Of a DNA stretch of 51,629 nt, positions 9,961 to 20,064 are shown in pieces (the first letter of the stretch is position 1; each line of letters opens with the position of its first letter). The translations under genes were made by a program, and so were the position numbers. Below the pieces are notes generated by a model. It did not search any database, had not been told where the DNA came from, and saw only the letters and a program-made list of their open reading frames with translations. Source of the stretch: Nakamurella sp. (lineage in GTDB: Bacteria; Actinomycetota; Actinomycetes; Mycobacteriales; Nakamurellaceae). The stretch is from positions 1 through 51,629 of the forward strand of contig JBDHZW010000001.1 of NCBI GenBank assembly GCA_039812105.1, in the 5' to 3' direction.

Positions 9961-10683
9961 ATGGGCGCACCCGCCACCGTTCTGGTCGTGGACGACGACG
10001 CCACCGTCCGCGAGGTGCTGCGCCGCTACCTGACCCGGGACGGGCACGACGTGCTGGAGGCCGGCGACGGGCCGACCGGGCTGGACCTGGTGCGGGCGCG
10101 GCAACCCGACCTGATCGTGCTCGACCTGATGCTGCCCGGGATGGACGGCCTGGCGGTATGCCGGGAGGTCCGCCGCACCTCGACCGTGCCGGTGATCATG
10201 CTGACCGCGCTCGGGCAGGAGTCGGACCGGGTGGTCGGCCTGGAGTACGGCGCCGACGACTACGTGGTCAAGCCGTTCAGCCCGCGCGAGCTGGCGCTGC
10301 GGGTGGGCCGGGTGCTCGACCGCAGCCGGGGCGCGGTGACCGCCGGACCGGCCGACGCCGTGGAGGTCACCAGCGCCGACGGCGAGCTGTCGGCGAATGC
10401 GTTGTCCCGCACCGCTCGTCGGGCCGGCGTCGAGCTGTCGTTGACCAGCCGCGAGTTCGACCTACTGCATTTCCTGCTGTCGCACCCGGGCCAGGTGTTC
10501 AGCCGGATGGAACTGATGGAGCGGGTGTGGGGCTGGTCGTTCGGCGACCAGTCGACGGTGACCGTGCACGTGCGGCGGCTGCGCGAGAAGGTCGAACCCG
10601 ACCCGGCCCGGCCGGCCCGGATCGTCACCGTGTGGGGTGTCGGCTACCGGCTGGACGGTGACCTGCGGGCTCCGACGGGCTGA
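9961..10683 (+). CDS. OmpR/PhoB-family response regulator
   Basis: Receiver motifs VLVVDDD, LDLMLPGMDG and GADDYVVKPF. Winged-helix motifs LTSREFDLL, VTVHVRRLREK and TVWGVGYR. Confidence 0.95.
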   Translation: MGAPATVLVVDDDATVREVLRRYLTRDGHDVLEAGDGPTGLDLVRARQPDLIVLDLMLPGMDGLAVCREVRRTSTVPVIMLTALGQESDRVVGLEYGADDYVVKPFSPRELALRVGRVLDRSRGAVTAGPADAVEVTSADGELSANALSRTARRAGVELSLTSREFDLLHFLLSHPGQVFSRMELMERVWGWSFGDQSTVTVHVRRLREKVEPDPARPARIVTVWGVGYRLDGDLRAPTG

Positions 10684-10689
10684 TCGGCG

Positions 10690-11700
10690 ATGCTGACCGA
10701 TCTGCTGCACATCCTGCCGTGGGCGCTGCTGGCCGCGGCGGTCACCGGCGCCGTCGAGGTCGGCGCGCTGCACCTGCTGCGGCACCGGTCGGCCACCGCG
10801 AACATCGCGGCGCTGGTGAGCATCCCGATCCTGGCCGTGCTGATCTTCGTGGTCAGCATCAGCGGGTTCATGTACACGCCGATGCTGGCGTTCGCGGCGA
10901 CCGTCTGCGCGCTGATCGCCGTGGTGGTGATCCCGGTCGCCGTCTACCTGGGCCGGCGGATCGCGATGGGGGCGATGGAGGCGGAGAAGCAGCGGGCCGC
11001 CGAACGGGCCGCCGAGGCGTCCCGCCGCCAGCTGGTCGCCTGGGTCAGCCACGACCTGCGGACCCCGTTGGCCGGGATCCGGGCGATGAGCGAGGCGTTG
11101 GAGGACTCGGTGGTGGTCGAGCCCGACGAGGTCACCGACTACGCCCGACGGATCAACGCCGAGGCGTCCCGGCTGTCCTCGATGGTGGACGACCTGTTCG
11201 AACTGTCCCGGATCAACGCCGGCGCGCTGCGGCTGACCCTCGGCCCGGTGTCCACCGAGGAGCTGGTGGCCCAGGCGATGGAGGCGGCGGCCCCGGCCGC
11301 CGGGCAGCGCGGGGTGCACCTGGCCGCGTCCGCGGACCCCGGCTGGCCGGTCGTCAACGGGTCCGACCCGGAGCTCATCCGGGTGCTGCGCAACCTGCTG
11401 GTGAACGCCATCCGGCACACCCCGTCCGACGGGACGGTGCAGGTGGTGGCCGGGCGGGACGCCGACCAGGCCCTGCTGGCCGTGCAGGACGCCTGCGGCG
11501 GCATCGACCCGGACGACCTGCCCCGGGTGTTCGACGTCGCCTTCCGCGGGGCGGCCGCCCGGTCCCCGGAGCAGGGGTCCGGGGCCGGTCTGGGCCTGGC
11601 CATCGCCCGCGGCCTGGTCGAGGCGCACGGCGGCCGGATCAGCGTGCACAACCAGGGTCCCGGCTGCCGGTTCGAGGTGCGGCTGCCGCTGGCCGCGTGA
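10690..11700 (+). CDS. Membrane sensor histidine kinase (HisKA + HATPase)
   Basis: Three N-terminal TM segments, H-box [10 protein letters not shown]-box [10 protein letters not shown]-boxes DACGGI and GAGLGLAI. Confidence 0.95.
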   Translation: MLTDLLHILPWALLAAAVTGAVEVGALHLLRHRSATANIAALVSIPILAVLIFVVSISGFMYTPMLAFAATVCALIAVVVIPVAVYLGRRIAMGAMEAEKQRAAERAAEASRRQLVAWVSHDLRTPLAGIRAMSEALEDSVVVEPDEVTDYARRINAEASRLSSMVDDLFELSRINAGALRLTLGPVSTEELVAQAMEAAAPAAGQRGVHLAASADPGWPVVNGSDPELIRVLRNLLVNAIRHTPSDGTVQVVAGRDADQALLAVQDACGGIDPDDLPRVFDVAFRGAAARSPEQGSGAGLGLAIARGLVEAHGGRISVHNQGPGCRFEVRLPLAA

Positions 11701-11724
11701 GCGGTCGGGAGACCGGAGACCAGG

Positions 11725-12432
11725 TCAGCGGCCGGTGACCGCCGCCCGGCTCAGCCGCAGCATCGCCGTCGCGATCACCACGGCCAGCACGATCTCCGCC
11801 GCCCCGGCGGCCCGCTGCAGCAGGCCGGGCGGCAGCATCAGCTGATCCAGGCCGATCGCCCCGGGGATCCGGTTGACGATCAGCGCGGTGCTCAGCGCCC
11901 CGCCGACGACGGTGGTGGCCAGCAGCACCCGGCCGATCCAGGCGCCGGCGACGGCGGCCCGCCACCGGCGCCACAGCAGCAGGCCGACCGTCGGCAGCAA
12001 CGCGAAGACGAACGCGCCGGCGATCAGATGGATCGTCGACGAGACGGTGCCGGGGGTGCCCGGCCGATTGGTGGGGAAGGCGGCCGCGGCGACCAGGGCA
12101 ACCGCCCAGGCCGCCAGCAGCACCTGCACCGTGGCCGCGCGGACCGAGCCGGCCAGTCCCCACGCCACGGCGATCCCGGCCACCGCGAGCCCGCCGGTGG
12201 TCACGGCGAACAGCGGCTCGCCGAGCGGGGTCGTCACGACGTAGTCACTGATGGTCGTGCGGGCCGCCGACAGGCCGGCCGGCGCGTCCAGGTGCAGCAG
12301 CACGATCGGCGGCACCGACGCCGCAGTCCCGGCCAGCGCGGTCCAGGCGCTGCGGACCGGTGCCGCGGTGATCGCCGGCGGGGCGGCCGGCCGCCCGACG
12401 ACGGCGGGCCGGGACAGCGTGGCGGTGGTCAT
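11725..12432 (-). CDS. DUF998-like multi-pass membrane protein
   Basis: ATG at 12432 with GAGGAG RBS. TISDY, AAFPTN..., IHLIAG and GLLQR motifs with about 6 TM helices. Confidence 0.75.
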   Translation of the reverse strand: MTTATLSRPAVVGRPAAPPAITAAPVRSAWTALAGTAASVPPIVLLHLDAPAGLSAARTTISDYVVTTPLGEPLFAVTTGGLAVAGIAVAWGLAGSVRAATVQVLLAAWAVALVAAAAFPTNRPGTPGTVSSTIHLIAGAFVFALLPTVGLLLWRRWRAAVAGAWIGRVLLATTVVGGALSTALIVNRIPGAIGLDQLMLPPGLLQRAAGAAEIVLAVVIATAMLRLSRAAVTGR

Positions 12433-12644
12433 TCCGAACTCCTCAGATGATCTTGCTGTGATCGATTCGCACGGTCTGCAATGACCGTAGAAATCATCGA
12501 AGGAGCAGGTCAGAGGGCTAACCCTGGTGTTGTGCAGGGTCGAAGGAGTGCATTTTCGGCGGGCTGGGCGTCTCGACCCTGACGGGATTCCCCGAGCCTC
12601 GGGGTAGGCCTGGCCCCACCCCGCCCGGGCGTACCGTTGGCCCG

Positions 12645-13112
12645 GTGACCACCGTTCGCGGACCCGCCGCGCCGCGGGTCCGGGCGCCGAGACCCGTCCC
12701 CACCGGCCTGTTGATGCATCTGCGGCGGGCCCGCGACCACATCGACCGGGAGTACCGGACCGCCGTGGATCTGGACGACCTGGCGTCGATCGCCGGCGTG
12801 TCCAAATATCACTTCGGCCGGGCGTTCGCCGCCACCTACGGGGAAACCCCCATCCGGTACCTGACCCGGCGACGGATCGAACGGGCCCAGGATCTGCTGC
12901 GGCACGCCAATCTGACCGTGACCGAGATCTGCATGGCCGTCGGCTTTGCCAGCCTGGGCTCGTTCTCGTCCCGGTTCGCCGAACTGGTCGGCGAGTCACC
13001 GACGGCCTACCGGGACCGGTGGGCGCGGCTGGGCGGCCCGCACATCCCCGGCTGCTACCTGTTCATCAACGGGGCGCTCGACCCGCGGTCCACCGGCGTC
13101 CAGCCGTCCTGA
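12645..13112 (+). CDS. Short AraC-family transcriptional regulator
   Basis: LRRARDHIDREY, SKYHFGRAF, RRIERAQDLLR and VGFASLGSFSSRF motifs. TACCGT -10 lies 7 nt before the GTG. Confidence 0.92.
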   Translation: MTTVRGPAAPRVRAPRPVPTGLLMHLRRARDHIDREYRTAVDLDDLASIAGVSKYHFGRAFAATYGETPIRYLTRRRIERAQDLLRHANLTVTEICMAVGFASLGSFSSRFAELVGESPTAYRDRWARLGGPHIPGCYLFINGALDPRSTGVQPS

Positions 13113-13165
13113 TCGCGCAATCTGGGAGAAGCGTCGCCGGGTGCCCGCCGTCTAGCGTTGCCGGC

Positions 13166-13594
13166 ATGATCACCAATGTGTCGCTGACCACCGTGTACTG
13201 CCTGGACCAGAGCGCCACCCGGGACTTCTACGTCGACGTCCTTGGTTTCGAGACCCGGACGGACGCGCCGATGGGGCCGGACGCCCGCTGGGTCACCGTC
13301 AGCCACCCCAACCAGCCCGAACTCGAGATCACCCTGATGAAGCCGGGGCCGCCGCTGGACCCGGAGATGGCCGACTTCGTGCGCCGTCAACTGGAGAAGG
13401 GCCAGATGGGCGGGTTGGGACTGCGGGTGGACGACTGCCGCAAGACCCACCAGGAACTCGTCGAGAAGGGCGTGACGTTCCTGCAGGAACCGGCCGACCG
13501 GCCCTACGGGGTGGAGGCGGTGATGCGGGACAACACGGGCAACTGGTTGGTCCTGGTGGAGCCCAAGGAGTTCGACCCGGCCGACCTGGCCTGA
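13166..13594 (+). CDS. VOC/glyoxalase (bleomycin-resistance-like) family protein
   Basis: MITNVSLTTVYCLDQ..RDFYVDVLGFE, VDDCRKTHQEL..KGV, and RPYGVEAVMRDNTGN. Typical AraC-VOC pair. TAGCGT -10 lies 7 nt before the ATG. Confidence 0.92.
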   Translation: MITNVSLTTVYCLDQSATRDFYVDVLGFETRTDAPMGPDARWVTVSHPNQPELEITLMKPGPPLDPEMADFVRRQLEKGQMGGLGLRVDDCRKTHQELVEKGVTFLQEPADRPYGVEAVMRDNTGNWLVLVEPKEFDPADLA

Positions 13595-13618
13595 TCTCTC
13601 GGCGGAACCGGCTCGGCG

Positions 13619-14233
13619 TCAGAGGGTGACCGCGGCGGTGCCGAAGGCGACGTTGAACCGGTCGCACCAGATGACCACCGAGGTCAGGCCGGTCAGGTCG
13701 GCGTCGGCCGGGATCTCGTAGTTCTGGTTCCCGTCGGTGCCCTTCAGGTCGCCCAGGGCCAGGTAGCGGCCGTCGTCGTAGCGGCCCCAGTCGTCGCCGC
13801 CGGCCGGCTGGTCGGACAGCGCGACGTCCACGTCGGGCCCGTCACTGGTCGAGAAGTTCTCCAGCCGAAGGTATCTCGTCCCGTCCGGGAGTTGTAGCAC
13901 GGTGGCGGTGCCGGTGGTGGTGTGCTCGCCGTCGACGAACGTGCCGGACGCCAGCACCACCGGTTCGGCAGCCGGTGGCTCCGGCGCCGTGCCGGGCGCC
14001 TGCTGCGCGACGGTGCCCGGCGCCTGCGGCGGCACCGAGACGGCGGTGGCCGGTGCCGACGCGACCACCGGGGCCGACTCGTTCACCGTGCTGCGGGTGA
14101 ACAGCTTCCACGGCTGGAACAGGGCCAGGCCGACCGCCGCCCCGATCACCACCACGACGGCCAGCGTGACCAGGACGATGGTGCGGCGACGCCGTCGAGC
14201 CGGGGCGGACGGTCGGGTGTCCAACTGGTTCAT
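13619..14233 (-). CDS. DM13-domain membrane-anchored protein
   Basis: TM helix followed by FQPWKLF. GTF...EH.TTGTA, GPDVDV.L, LGDLKG..GNQNYEIP and VVIWCDRFNVAFG motifs. Confidence 0.9.
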   Translation of the reverse strand: MNQLDTRPSAPARRRRRTIVLVTLAVVVVIGAAVGLALFQPWKLFTRSTVNESAPVVASAPATAVSVPPQAPGTVAQQAPGTAPEPPAAEPVVLASGTFVDGEHTTTGTATVLQLPDGTRYLRLENFSTSDGPDVDVALSDQPAGGDDWGRYDDGRYLALGDLKGTDGNQNYEIPADADLTGLTSVVIWCDRFNVAFGTAAVTL

Positions 14234-14487
14234 CACAGCTCCAAGGGCTTTCGACGCGGTGTGCAATCAGCACATCGCGACGGTTGAGTACGGATCAAGG
14301 GTCGTTGCGTGACGGAAGTCTGACGATTCGAGCGGGCAGAGGAGCGCGCGGCTCGGCAGTGCGATACCGGGCGGGAGTGGTGCGGGTCATGGCCGATCCC
14401 GCGTGACGGATCCCGGGCCGGGCCCGTCTCAGGAAGGAGACCGCTGCCGACGACCGTCGGCGTGCTCGACAACGAAGGGCGTCACCC

Positions 14488-15378
14488 ATGTCCCGCAAGG
14501 CCCGCTGGATCGTCGGCGGCATCATCGGCATTCTCGCCATCGGCGGTGTGAGCCGGGCGGTCGGCGCCGACGAGCCGCCGACCCCGGCGGCGTCGCCGGC
14601 CGTGGCGAGCACGACGGCATCGTCGGCCACCGCGAGTGCCGGCTCCACGGCACCCTCCACCACGGCGCCCTCCACCACGACGACCCTCACCGCGGCGTCC
14701 TCCACCGCGACACCCGGCAACGCCGCGTCCGCATCGTCGGGCGGCTACCTGGTCGTCTCGGTGGTGGACGGCGACACCATCCGGGTCCGAGCCGCCGGAT
14801 CGGCCACCGAGCAGAAGGTGCGGCTGATCGGCATCGACGCGCCCGAAACCGGTTCGTGCGAGGCATCCTCGGCCACCAGCGCGCTGGAAGGCTTGGTGCT
14901 CGACCACACCGTCACGCTGACCATGGGCGGCGACGGGGAGGATCTGGACCCGTACGGCCGCGCCCTGCGGTACGTCGACACCGCCGACGGCGACGCGGGT
15001 CTGGCCATGATCAGCGGCGGGCACGCCATCGCCCGGTACGACTCCCGGGACGGCTACGGCCGGCACGACCGCGAAAGCGCCTACATCGCCGCCGACGCGG
15101 CGTCGCCGGCGTACGCCTGCCCGGTCCCGATCGCCACCCCGACCCCGACGGCGGACGCCGATCCGGCGCCGCTGGCCGCGCCGATCCCGGGCGCCGACGA
15201 CGATGCGGGCGCGACCCCCACCGGTCGCCGCACGACGACCGCCGAGCAGGCGCCGGCCGTCGTGTCCTACCCGAACTGCACCGCGGCGAGGGCGGCGGGG
15301 GCGGCCCCGATCTACGCCGGCCAGCCCGGCTACTCGAGCAAGCTCGACCGGGACGGCGACGGCGTCGCCTGCGAGTGA
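14488..15378 (+). CDS. Secreted thermonuclease (SNase-like) with C-terminal excalibur Ca-binding domain
   Basis: Signal/anchor segment, then VVDGDTIRV, VRLIGIDAPE and DPYGRALRYV. C-terminus YPNCTAARAAGAAPIYAGQPGYSSKLDRDGDGVACE. Confidence 0.9.
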   Translation: MSRKARWIVGGIIGILAIGGVSRAVGADEPPTPAASPAVASTTASSATASAGSTAPSTTAPSTTTTLTAASSTATPGNAASASSGGYLVVSVVDGDTIRVRAAGSATEQKVRLIGIDAPETGSCEASSATSALEGLVLDHTVTLTMGGDGEDLDPYGRALRYVDTADGDAGLAMISGGHAIARYDSRDGYGRHDRESAYIAADAASPAYACPVPIATPTPTADADPAPLAAPIPGADDDAGATPTGRRTTTAEQAPAVVSYPNCTAARAAGAAPIYAGQPGYSSKLDRDGDGVACE

Positions 15379-15821
15379 GCAGGCCGGCCGATCATCCACC
15401 AGCGCAGCGTCCCGAACCGCAGCAGGCCCACCCCGGCGTTGACCGCGATCAGCGCCGCCACCCCGGCCGCGCCGGTGGGATTGTCCAGCGCGGCCAGCGC
15501 GACCGTGCTCAACAGCAGCGTCAGCACTGACGTGCCGAGGCCGACGGCGTGGTCGCCCTCGGCGTTCGACGCCGAACCGCCGAACGAGAACCGTCGGTGC
15601 GCCTCGGTCGCCACCAGTGTCGATACCAGCCACGACGCCACGTTCGCGGCCTGGGCGCCGATGCTGTCGGCCAGGAAGGCGTACAGCGCCAGCTGGAGCA
15701 GGCTCGTCGCACCGCCGACCACACCGAATCGGGCCAGTTGCCCCGTCCAGCCGCGCCGGCGGGCGGCGGGCGCCTCCACCACCGGCGCGGGGCCGAGGCG
15801 AAGGAGCTGGGCGAGCGTCAT
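15330..15821 (-). CDS. GtrA-like small membrane protein
   Basis: RFGVVGG.TSLLQLALY, AN..SW..ST..ATEAHRRFSF and LLRFGTLRWW motifs with 4 TM helices. Overlaps the convergent nuclease gene by 49 bp. Confidence 0.75.
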   Translation of the reverse strand: MTLAQLLRLGPAPVVEAPAARRRGWTGQLARFGVVGGATSLLQLALYAFLADSIGAQAANVASWLVSTLVATEAHRRFSFGGSASNAEGDHAVGLGTSVLTLLLSTVALAALDNPTGAAGVAALIAVNAGVGLLRFGTLRWWMIGRPAHSQATPSPSRSSLLE

Positions 15822-15908
15822 GGCTCCACTCTCCGGTGCTCCGCCCAGCGGGACCCAGGACGATACTGAGCACGTGCTGTGTGCCGCGGGCCCGGCCGGA
15901 GGTGGCGG

Positions 15909-16352
15909 ATGATCGACCCGGTGGTCCGGCGTACGGTCGGCGCCCAGCCCACCGTGGTGGTGGCCGCCGTCACCACCTGGTCGGCGTTCCCCGCCGTGTG
16001 GCGGCCGATGCTGGACGAGGTGTGGGGCTGCCTGCGAGCGGCCGGCATCGCCCGGGGCTGCCCGAACGTGATGCTGTACGTGGACGACCGACCGCAGGTC
16101 GAGGTCGGGGTGATCACCGCGGCCGAGGCGCAACTGAGCGGACGGGTGGCGCGCTCGGCGTTGCCGGCGGGATCCGTCGCGACCGCCCGGCACCACGGCC
16201 CCTACCAGGATCTGGGCCTGGCCCATGATGCGGTGCGCGGCTGGTGCGTCGAGCAGGGAATCCAACCTGCCGGGCCCCGATGGGAGATCTACGGGCCGCA
16301 CCGCGACGACCCGGCGGAGCTGACGGTCGACGTCGCGTACCTGCTCGCCTGA
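15909..16352 (+). CDS. GyrI-like small-molecule-binding domain protein
   Basis: LPAGSVATARHHGPYQDLGLAHDAVRGWC and GPRWEIYG motifs. GGAGGT RBS. Confidence 0.85.
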   Translation: MIDPVVRRTVGAQPTVVVAAVTTWSAFPAVWRPMLDEVWGCLRAAGIARGCPNVMLYVDDRPQVEVGVITAAEAQLSGRVARSALPAGSVATARHHGPYQDLGLAHDAVRGWCVEQGIQPAGPRWEIYGPHRDDPAELTVDVAYLLA

Positions 16353-16355
16353 AAC

Positions 16356-17405
16356 CTACGGAGCCCGCCGTGGCGTGCTCTCCCGTACCACCACGTCACC
16401 GGTGACGGTGACCACCCGCGGCTCCTCGCCGTCCGGATCGACCCGGCGGCCGAGCGCGAGATCGAGTGCGTCGGCACCGATTCGCTCCATCGGCAGGCGC
16501 ACCGTGGTCAGCGCCGGCCGGACGTCGCGGAGGGTGGTGATGTCATCGAACCCGGCGACGGCGACGTCGGCCGGTACTCGAAGACCCTGGTCGCGGAGCG
16601 CGGCGATGGCGCCGACCGCCATCACGTCGTTGACCGCGAAGACGGCATCGACGCCCTGGTCGAGGACCCCCAGATCGAGCAGTTCGGTCATCGCGACGTA
16701 CCCGCCGTCCCGGGTGAACGGGGCCGAGATCGCGTTCTCCTCGACCAATTCGATGCCGGCCGCGTGCAGGCCGTCGCGGAACCCGGCGACCCGGTCCTCG
16801 GAGGTGGCGATCGCCTCGGGTCCGGCCAGCACCGCGAACCGCCGGTAGCCCAGCGACGCCAGCGTCGTCGCCAGTCGTCGGGCGGCGCCGTCGTTGTCGA
16901 CGGCGATCGTGTTCACCGGCAACCGGGCCTGACCGACCACCGCCACGTGCCCGCCGCCGACCGAATAGCCGATGAGCTCCTCGGCGAGCCGGCCGGCCGA
17001 ATCCGGGTCGTTGAACCGCGACCCGGCCAGCACGATCGCCCGGGCCCGCTGCCGGCGCAGCGCCTCGACGTGCCGCACCTCGGCGAGCGGGTCGGACAGG
17101 GTCGAGGAAATGGTGACGATGAGGTTCCGGGTGGCCGCCGCGGCCATCACCCCGGCCGCGAGGGCGGCGGCCGACGGGTCGGCGATGTCGTGCACCACCA
17201 GGCCCACCGTGGTCGTGGTGCCCCGGACCACCGCCTGCGCATTGGCGTTGGGGGAGTAGTTCAGCTCGGCGGCGGCGGCCTGCACCCGGGCCCGCAGCTC
17301 GGGGTTGACCGTGCGGCCGACCGAACCGTGCAGGGCGCGGGAGGCGGTCGCCACCGACACACCGGCCCAGCGGGCGACGTCGGCCAGGGTGACCTGCTCG
17401 GCCAC
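16356..17405 (-). CDS. LacI-family transcriptional regulator
   Basis: VTLADVARWAGVSVATASRAL HTH, plus AVFAVNDVMAVG, VAGFDDI and PALTTVRLP. GGAGG RBS before GTG 17405. Confidence 0.95.
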   Translation of the reverse strand: MAEQVTLADVARWAGVSVATASRALHGSVGRTVNPELRARVQAAAAELNYSPNANAQAVVRGTTTTVGLVVHDIADPSAAALAAGVMAAAATRNLIVTISSTLSDPLAEVRHVEALRRQRARAIVLAGSRFNDPDSAGRLAEELIGYSVGGGHVAVVGQARLPVNTIAVDNDGAARRLATTLASLGYRRFAVLAGPEAIATSEDRVAGFRDGLHAAGIELVEENAISAPFTRDGGYVAMTELLDLGVLDQGVDAVFAVNDVMAVGAIAALRDQGLRVPADVAVAGFDDITTLRDVRPALTTVRLPMERIGADALDLALGRRVDPDGEEPRVVTVTGDVVVRESTPRRAP

Positions 17406-17487
17406 GATCACCTCCCACCGGTGCCGCGCCGGCACGACGCCCCAGCTTAAGCGGGCCGCACTCCGCCCGGCCGACCCGCACATCGGT

Positions 17488-17569
17488 GTTGATCATGGGG
17501 GCCCGCACGGGACCCACCGTCGTTTTCCGCGACACGCCGCCGCGAACGGTGCCGCGCCTCATGATCAAC
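17488..17569. repeat. REP-like element with GTTGATCATG...CATGATCAAC termini
   Basis: 10-bp perfect terminal inverted repeat around a degenerate interior containing GACACGCC. Confidence 0.75.
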
Positions 17570-17607
17570 TTCGGGGGGTGGCGGTGGCGTCCGTAGGATG
17601 GCCCATC

Positions 17608-18330
17608 GTGCTCGTCCTCGCCCTCGACACCTCCACGCCGGAGGTCACCGCCGGCGTCGTGCGGTTACGTGGGCCGCAGGAGCTGATCACGCTGCTGGAG
17701 GCCGGGGAGGCGGCCCGGCCGGCCACGGTGCTGGGTCACCGCCGGGTGACCGACGGATTGGGGCATGCCGAACGCCTGATGCCGCTGGTCGGGGAGGCCC
17801 TGGAGGAGGCCGGAGGCACCCTGCGTGAGCTGGACGCCGTCGTCGTCGGCATCGGCCCCGGGCCGTTCACCGGCCTGCGGGTGGGCATGGCCACGGCCGC
17901 GGCCCTGGGTGACGCGCTGGACGTGCCGGTGCACGGGGTGCCCAGCCACGACGGCCTGGCCAGGTCCCTGCACCCGTTGCCGGGCGAGCTGCTGGTGGCG
18001 ACCGACGCCCGCCGGCGCGAGGTCTACCTGTCCGGCTACCGACCGGACGGGCACCGGACGCTCGGGCCGCTGGTGATCGCCCCGGCCGCCGTCCCCGAGT
18101 TGCTGGTCGAGCACGGGTTGACGCCCACGCACCTTGCCGGCGCCGGGGCGTCGCTGACCGGGCTGCCGCTGCCCTCCGTCGGCGTCGAACCACAGCCGGT
18201 GCTCGGACTGGTCGAGTGCGCCGCCCGCCCCCTGCTGGCCGGCGCCGTCCCGGGCCCGTTGGTGCCGCTCTACCTCCGACGTCCGGACGCGACAGTGCCG
18301 GGTGCCCGCAAGTCGGTGTTGGGCCGGTGA
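17608..18330 (+). CDS. tsaB: tRNA t6A biosynthesis protein TsaB
   Basis: [36 protein letters not shown] and PLYLRRPDA motifs. Confidence 0.95.
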   Translation: MLVLALDTSTPEVTAGVVRLRGPQELITLLEAGEAARPATVLGHRRVTDGLGHAERLMPLVGEALEEAGGTLRELDAVVVGIGPGPFTGLRVGMATAAALGDALDVPVHGVPSHDGLARSLHPLPGELLVATDARRREVYLSGYRPDGHRTLGPLVIAPAAVPELLVEHGLTPTHLAGAGASLTGLPLPSVGVEPQPVLGLVECAARPLLAGAVPGPLVPLYLRRPDATVPGARKSVLGR

Positions 18331-18770
18331 TCGCGATGCTCGATCTGGAACCGGCGTCCGCGACCGACATCCCGGCGTTGGTGCAGCTGGAGGAGATCCT
18401 TTTCCCCGGCGACTCGCCGTGGACCGCCGAGATGTTCGCGGGCGAGCTCGCCGCCGGCCACCACTACGTGGTGCACCGGGATGCGGCCGGGGTGGTCGAC
18501 GGGTACGCCGGGCTCGCCCTGCTCGGCGACGAGGCCGAGGTGCACACCATCGGGGTGCGGCCGGCCGCCCAGGGCGCCGGAATCGGCCGTGCCCTGCTGC
18601 GAGACCTGTTGGGTCACGCCGGGAACCGGCGGGTGCTGCTGGAGGTGCGGACCGACAACGCGCCCGCCATCGGTTTGTACGAGTCGGAGGGGTTCGTGAT
18701 CGTCGGGATCCGGCGCCGCTACTACCGCCCGAGCGGCGCCGACGCCTACACGATGGCCAGGCCGACATGA
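18327..18770 (+). CDS. rimI: Ribosomal protein S18-alanine N-acetyltransferase
   Basis: [33 protein letters not shown] and [15 protein letters not shown] motifs. GTGA coupling to tsaB. Confidence 0.93.
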   Translation: MIAMLDLEPASATDIPALVQLEEILFPGDSPWTAEMFAGELAAGHHYVVHRDAAGVVDGYAGLALLGDEAEVHTIGVRPAAQGAGIGRALLRDLLGHAGNRRVLLEVRTDNAPAIGLYESEGFVIVGIRRRYYRPSGADAYTMARPT

Positions 18771-19807
18771 TCGTGATGGGTGTCGAGACATCCTGTGACG
18801 AAACGGGTGTGGGCCTGGTTCGGATGGCCGCCGGCGGTCCGGAACTGCTCGGCCACGCGGTCGCGTCCAGCCAGGACGAGCACGCCCGGTTCGGTGGGGT
18901 GGTGCCCGAGATCGCCTCCCGCGCCCACCTGGAGGCGATGGTGCCGACGGTGCACGCGGCGTTCGGCAACGCCGGTGTGGGTCCGCGGGACGTCGATGCG
19001 ATCGCCGTGACCGCCGGACCCGGGCTGGCCGGGGCCCTGCTGGTCGGGGTGGCGGCGGCCAAGGCCTACGCCGCCGCCTGGGACGTTCCGCTGTTCGGGG
19101 TGAACCACCTGGCCGGGCACGTCGCCGCGGACACGCTGGAGCACGGGCCGCTGCCCGCGCCGGTGATCGCCCTGCTGGTCTCCGGCGGGCACACCCAGCT
19201 GCTGCGGGTGGACGACCTGGCCGGCTCGATCACCGAGATCGGCACCACGATCGACGACGCGGCCGGCGAGGCCTACGACAAGGTCGCTCGCCTGCTCGGG
19301 TTGAGCTACCCGGGCGGCCCGGTGATCGACCGGATGGCCGCGGACGGGGATCCGTCGGCGATCCGTTTCCCCCGTGGGCTCACCGGACCGAAGGATCCGC
19401 CCTACGACTTCTCGTTCTCGGGTCTGAAGACGGCCGTCGCCCGGTACGTCGAGCAGGCCGATCGCGACGGCCGGGCGGTCGACGTGCCGGACGTGTGCGC
19501 CTCGTTCCAGGAGGCGGTGGTGGACGTGCTGACCGCCAAGACCGTCCGCGCCGCGGTGGATCTGGGCGTCGGCACCGTGGTGGTCGCCGGGGGGGTGGCC
19601 GCCAACGGCCGGCTCCGCTCGTTGATCGAGGAGCGCTGCGCGGCCGCCGGGCTGGCCCTGCGGGTGCCCCGGCCCGGTTTGTGCACCGACAACGGGGCGA
19701 TGATCGCCGCCGTCGGCGCGCACGTGCTGGCGGCCGGGGGTGCCCCGTCCGGTTCGCACCTGACCGGCGATCCCGGGCTGCCGGTCGCGACCGTGCACGT
19801 CAGCTGA
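18767..19807 (+). CDS. tsaD: tRNA N6-adenosine threonylcarbamoyltransferase TsaD
   Basis: [52 protein letters not shown] and CTDNGAMI motifs. Confidence 0.98.
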   Translation: MIVMGVETSCDETGVGLVRMAAGGPELLGHAVASSQDEHARFGGVVPEIASRAHLEAMVPTVHAAFGNAGVGPRDVDAIAVTAGPGLAGALLVGVAAAKAYAAAWDVPLFGVNHLAGHVAADTLEHGPLPAPVIALLVSGGHTQLLRVDDLAGSITEIGTTIDDAAGEAYDKVARLLGLSYPGGPVIDRMAADGDPSAIRFPRGLTGPKDPPYDFSFSGLKTAVARYVEQADRDGRAVDVPDVCASFQEAVVDVLTAKTVRAAVDLGVGTVVVAGGVAANGRLRSLIEERCAAAGLALRVPRPGLCTDNGAMIAAVGAHVLAAGGAPSGSHLTGDPGLPVATVHVS

Positions 19808-19859
19808 ACCCGCCGGCCGGAACTCCACGGGCTCCCTCGGCGCGGGCTGCGGCAAAACC

Positions 19860-19924
19860 GGGTCGAGGGGGCGGTAGGTGCCCTTGCGGAGGGTTGCGAA
19901 GGGCCGGGAGTGCTCCCTCGATCC
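19860..19924. repeat. Long imperfect intergenic hairpin (REP-like element or terminator)
   Basis: GGGTCGAGGGGGC pairs with GCTCCCTCGATCC. Inner stem GCCCTT/AAGGGC. Confidence 0.6.
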
Positions 19925-20064
19925 CCGTGGCCCGCGGACCGGGTGGCGCGTCGGGTCGCCGAGGTGCCGACGAACGGGCTCTCGTGCCCACCGGCCGCGC
20001 CACGCCTACCCTGGCAGGCAGTGACCGTGATCCGGATCACAAACCTGCTCAACGAGGAGCGTCG

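Noticed and set aside
9850-17480. Accessory block as an integrative element or prophage
   Set aside because: There is no integrase, transposase, att-like direct repeat or phage gene, and composition is similar to the flanks.
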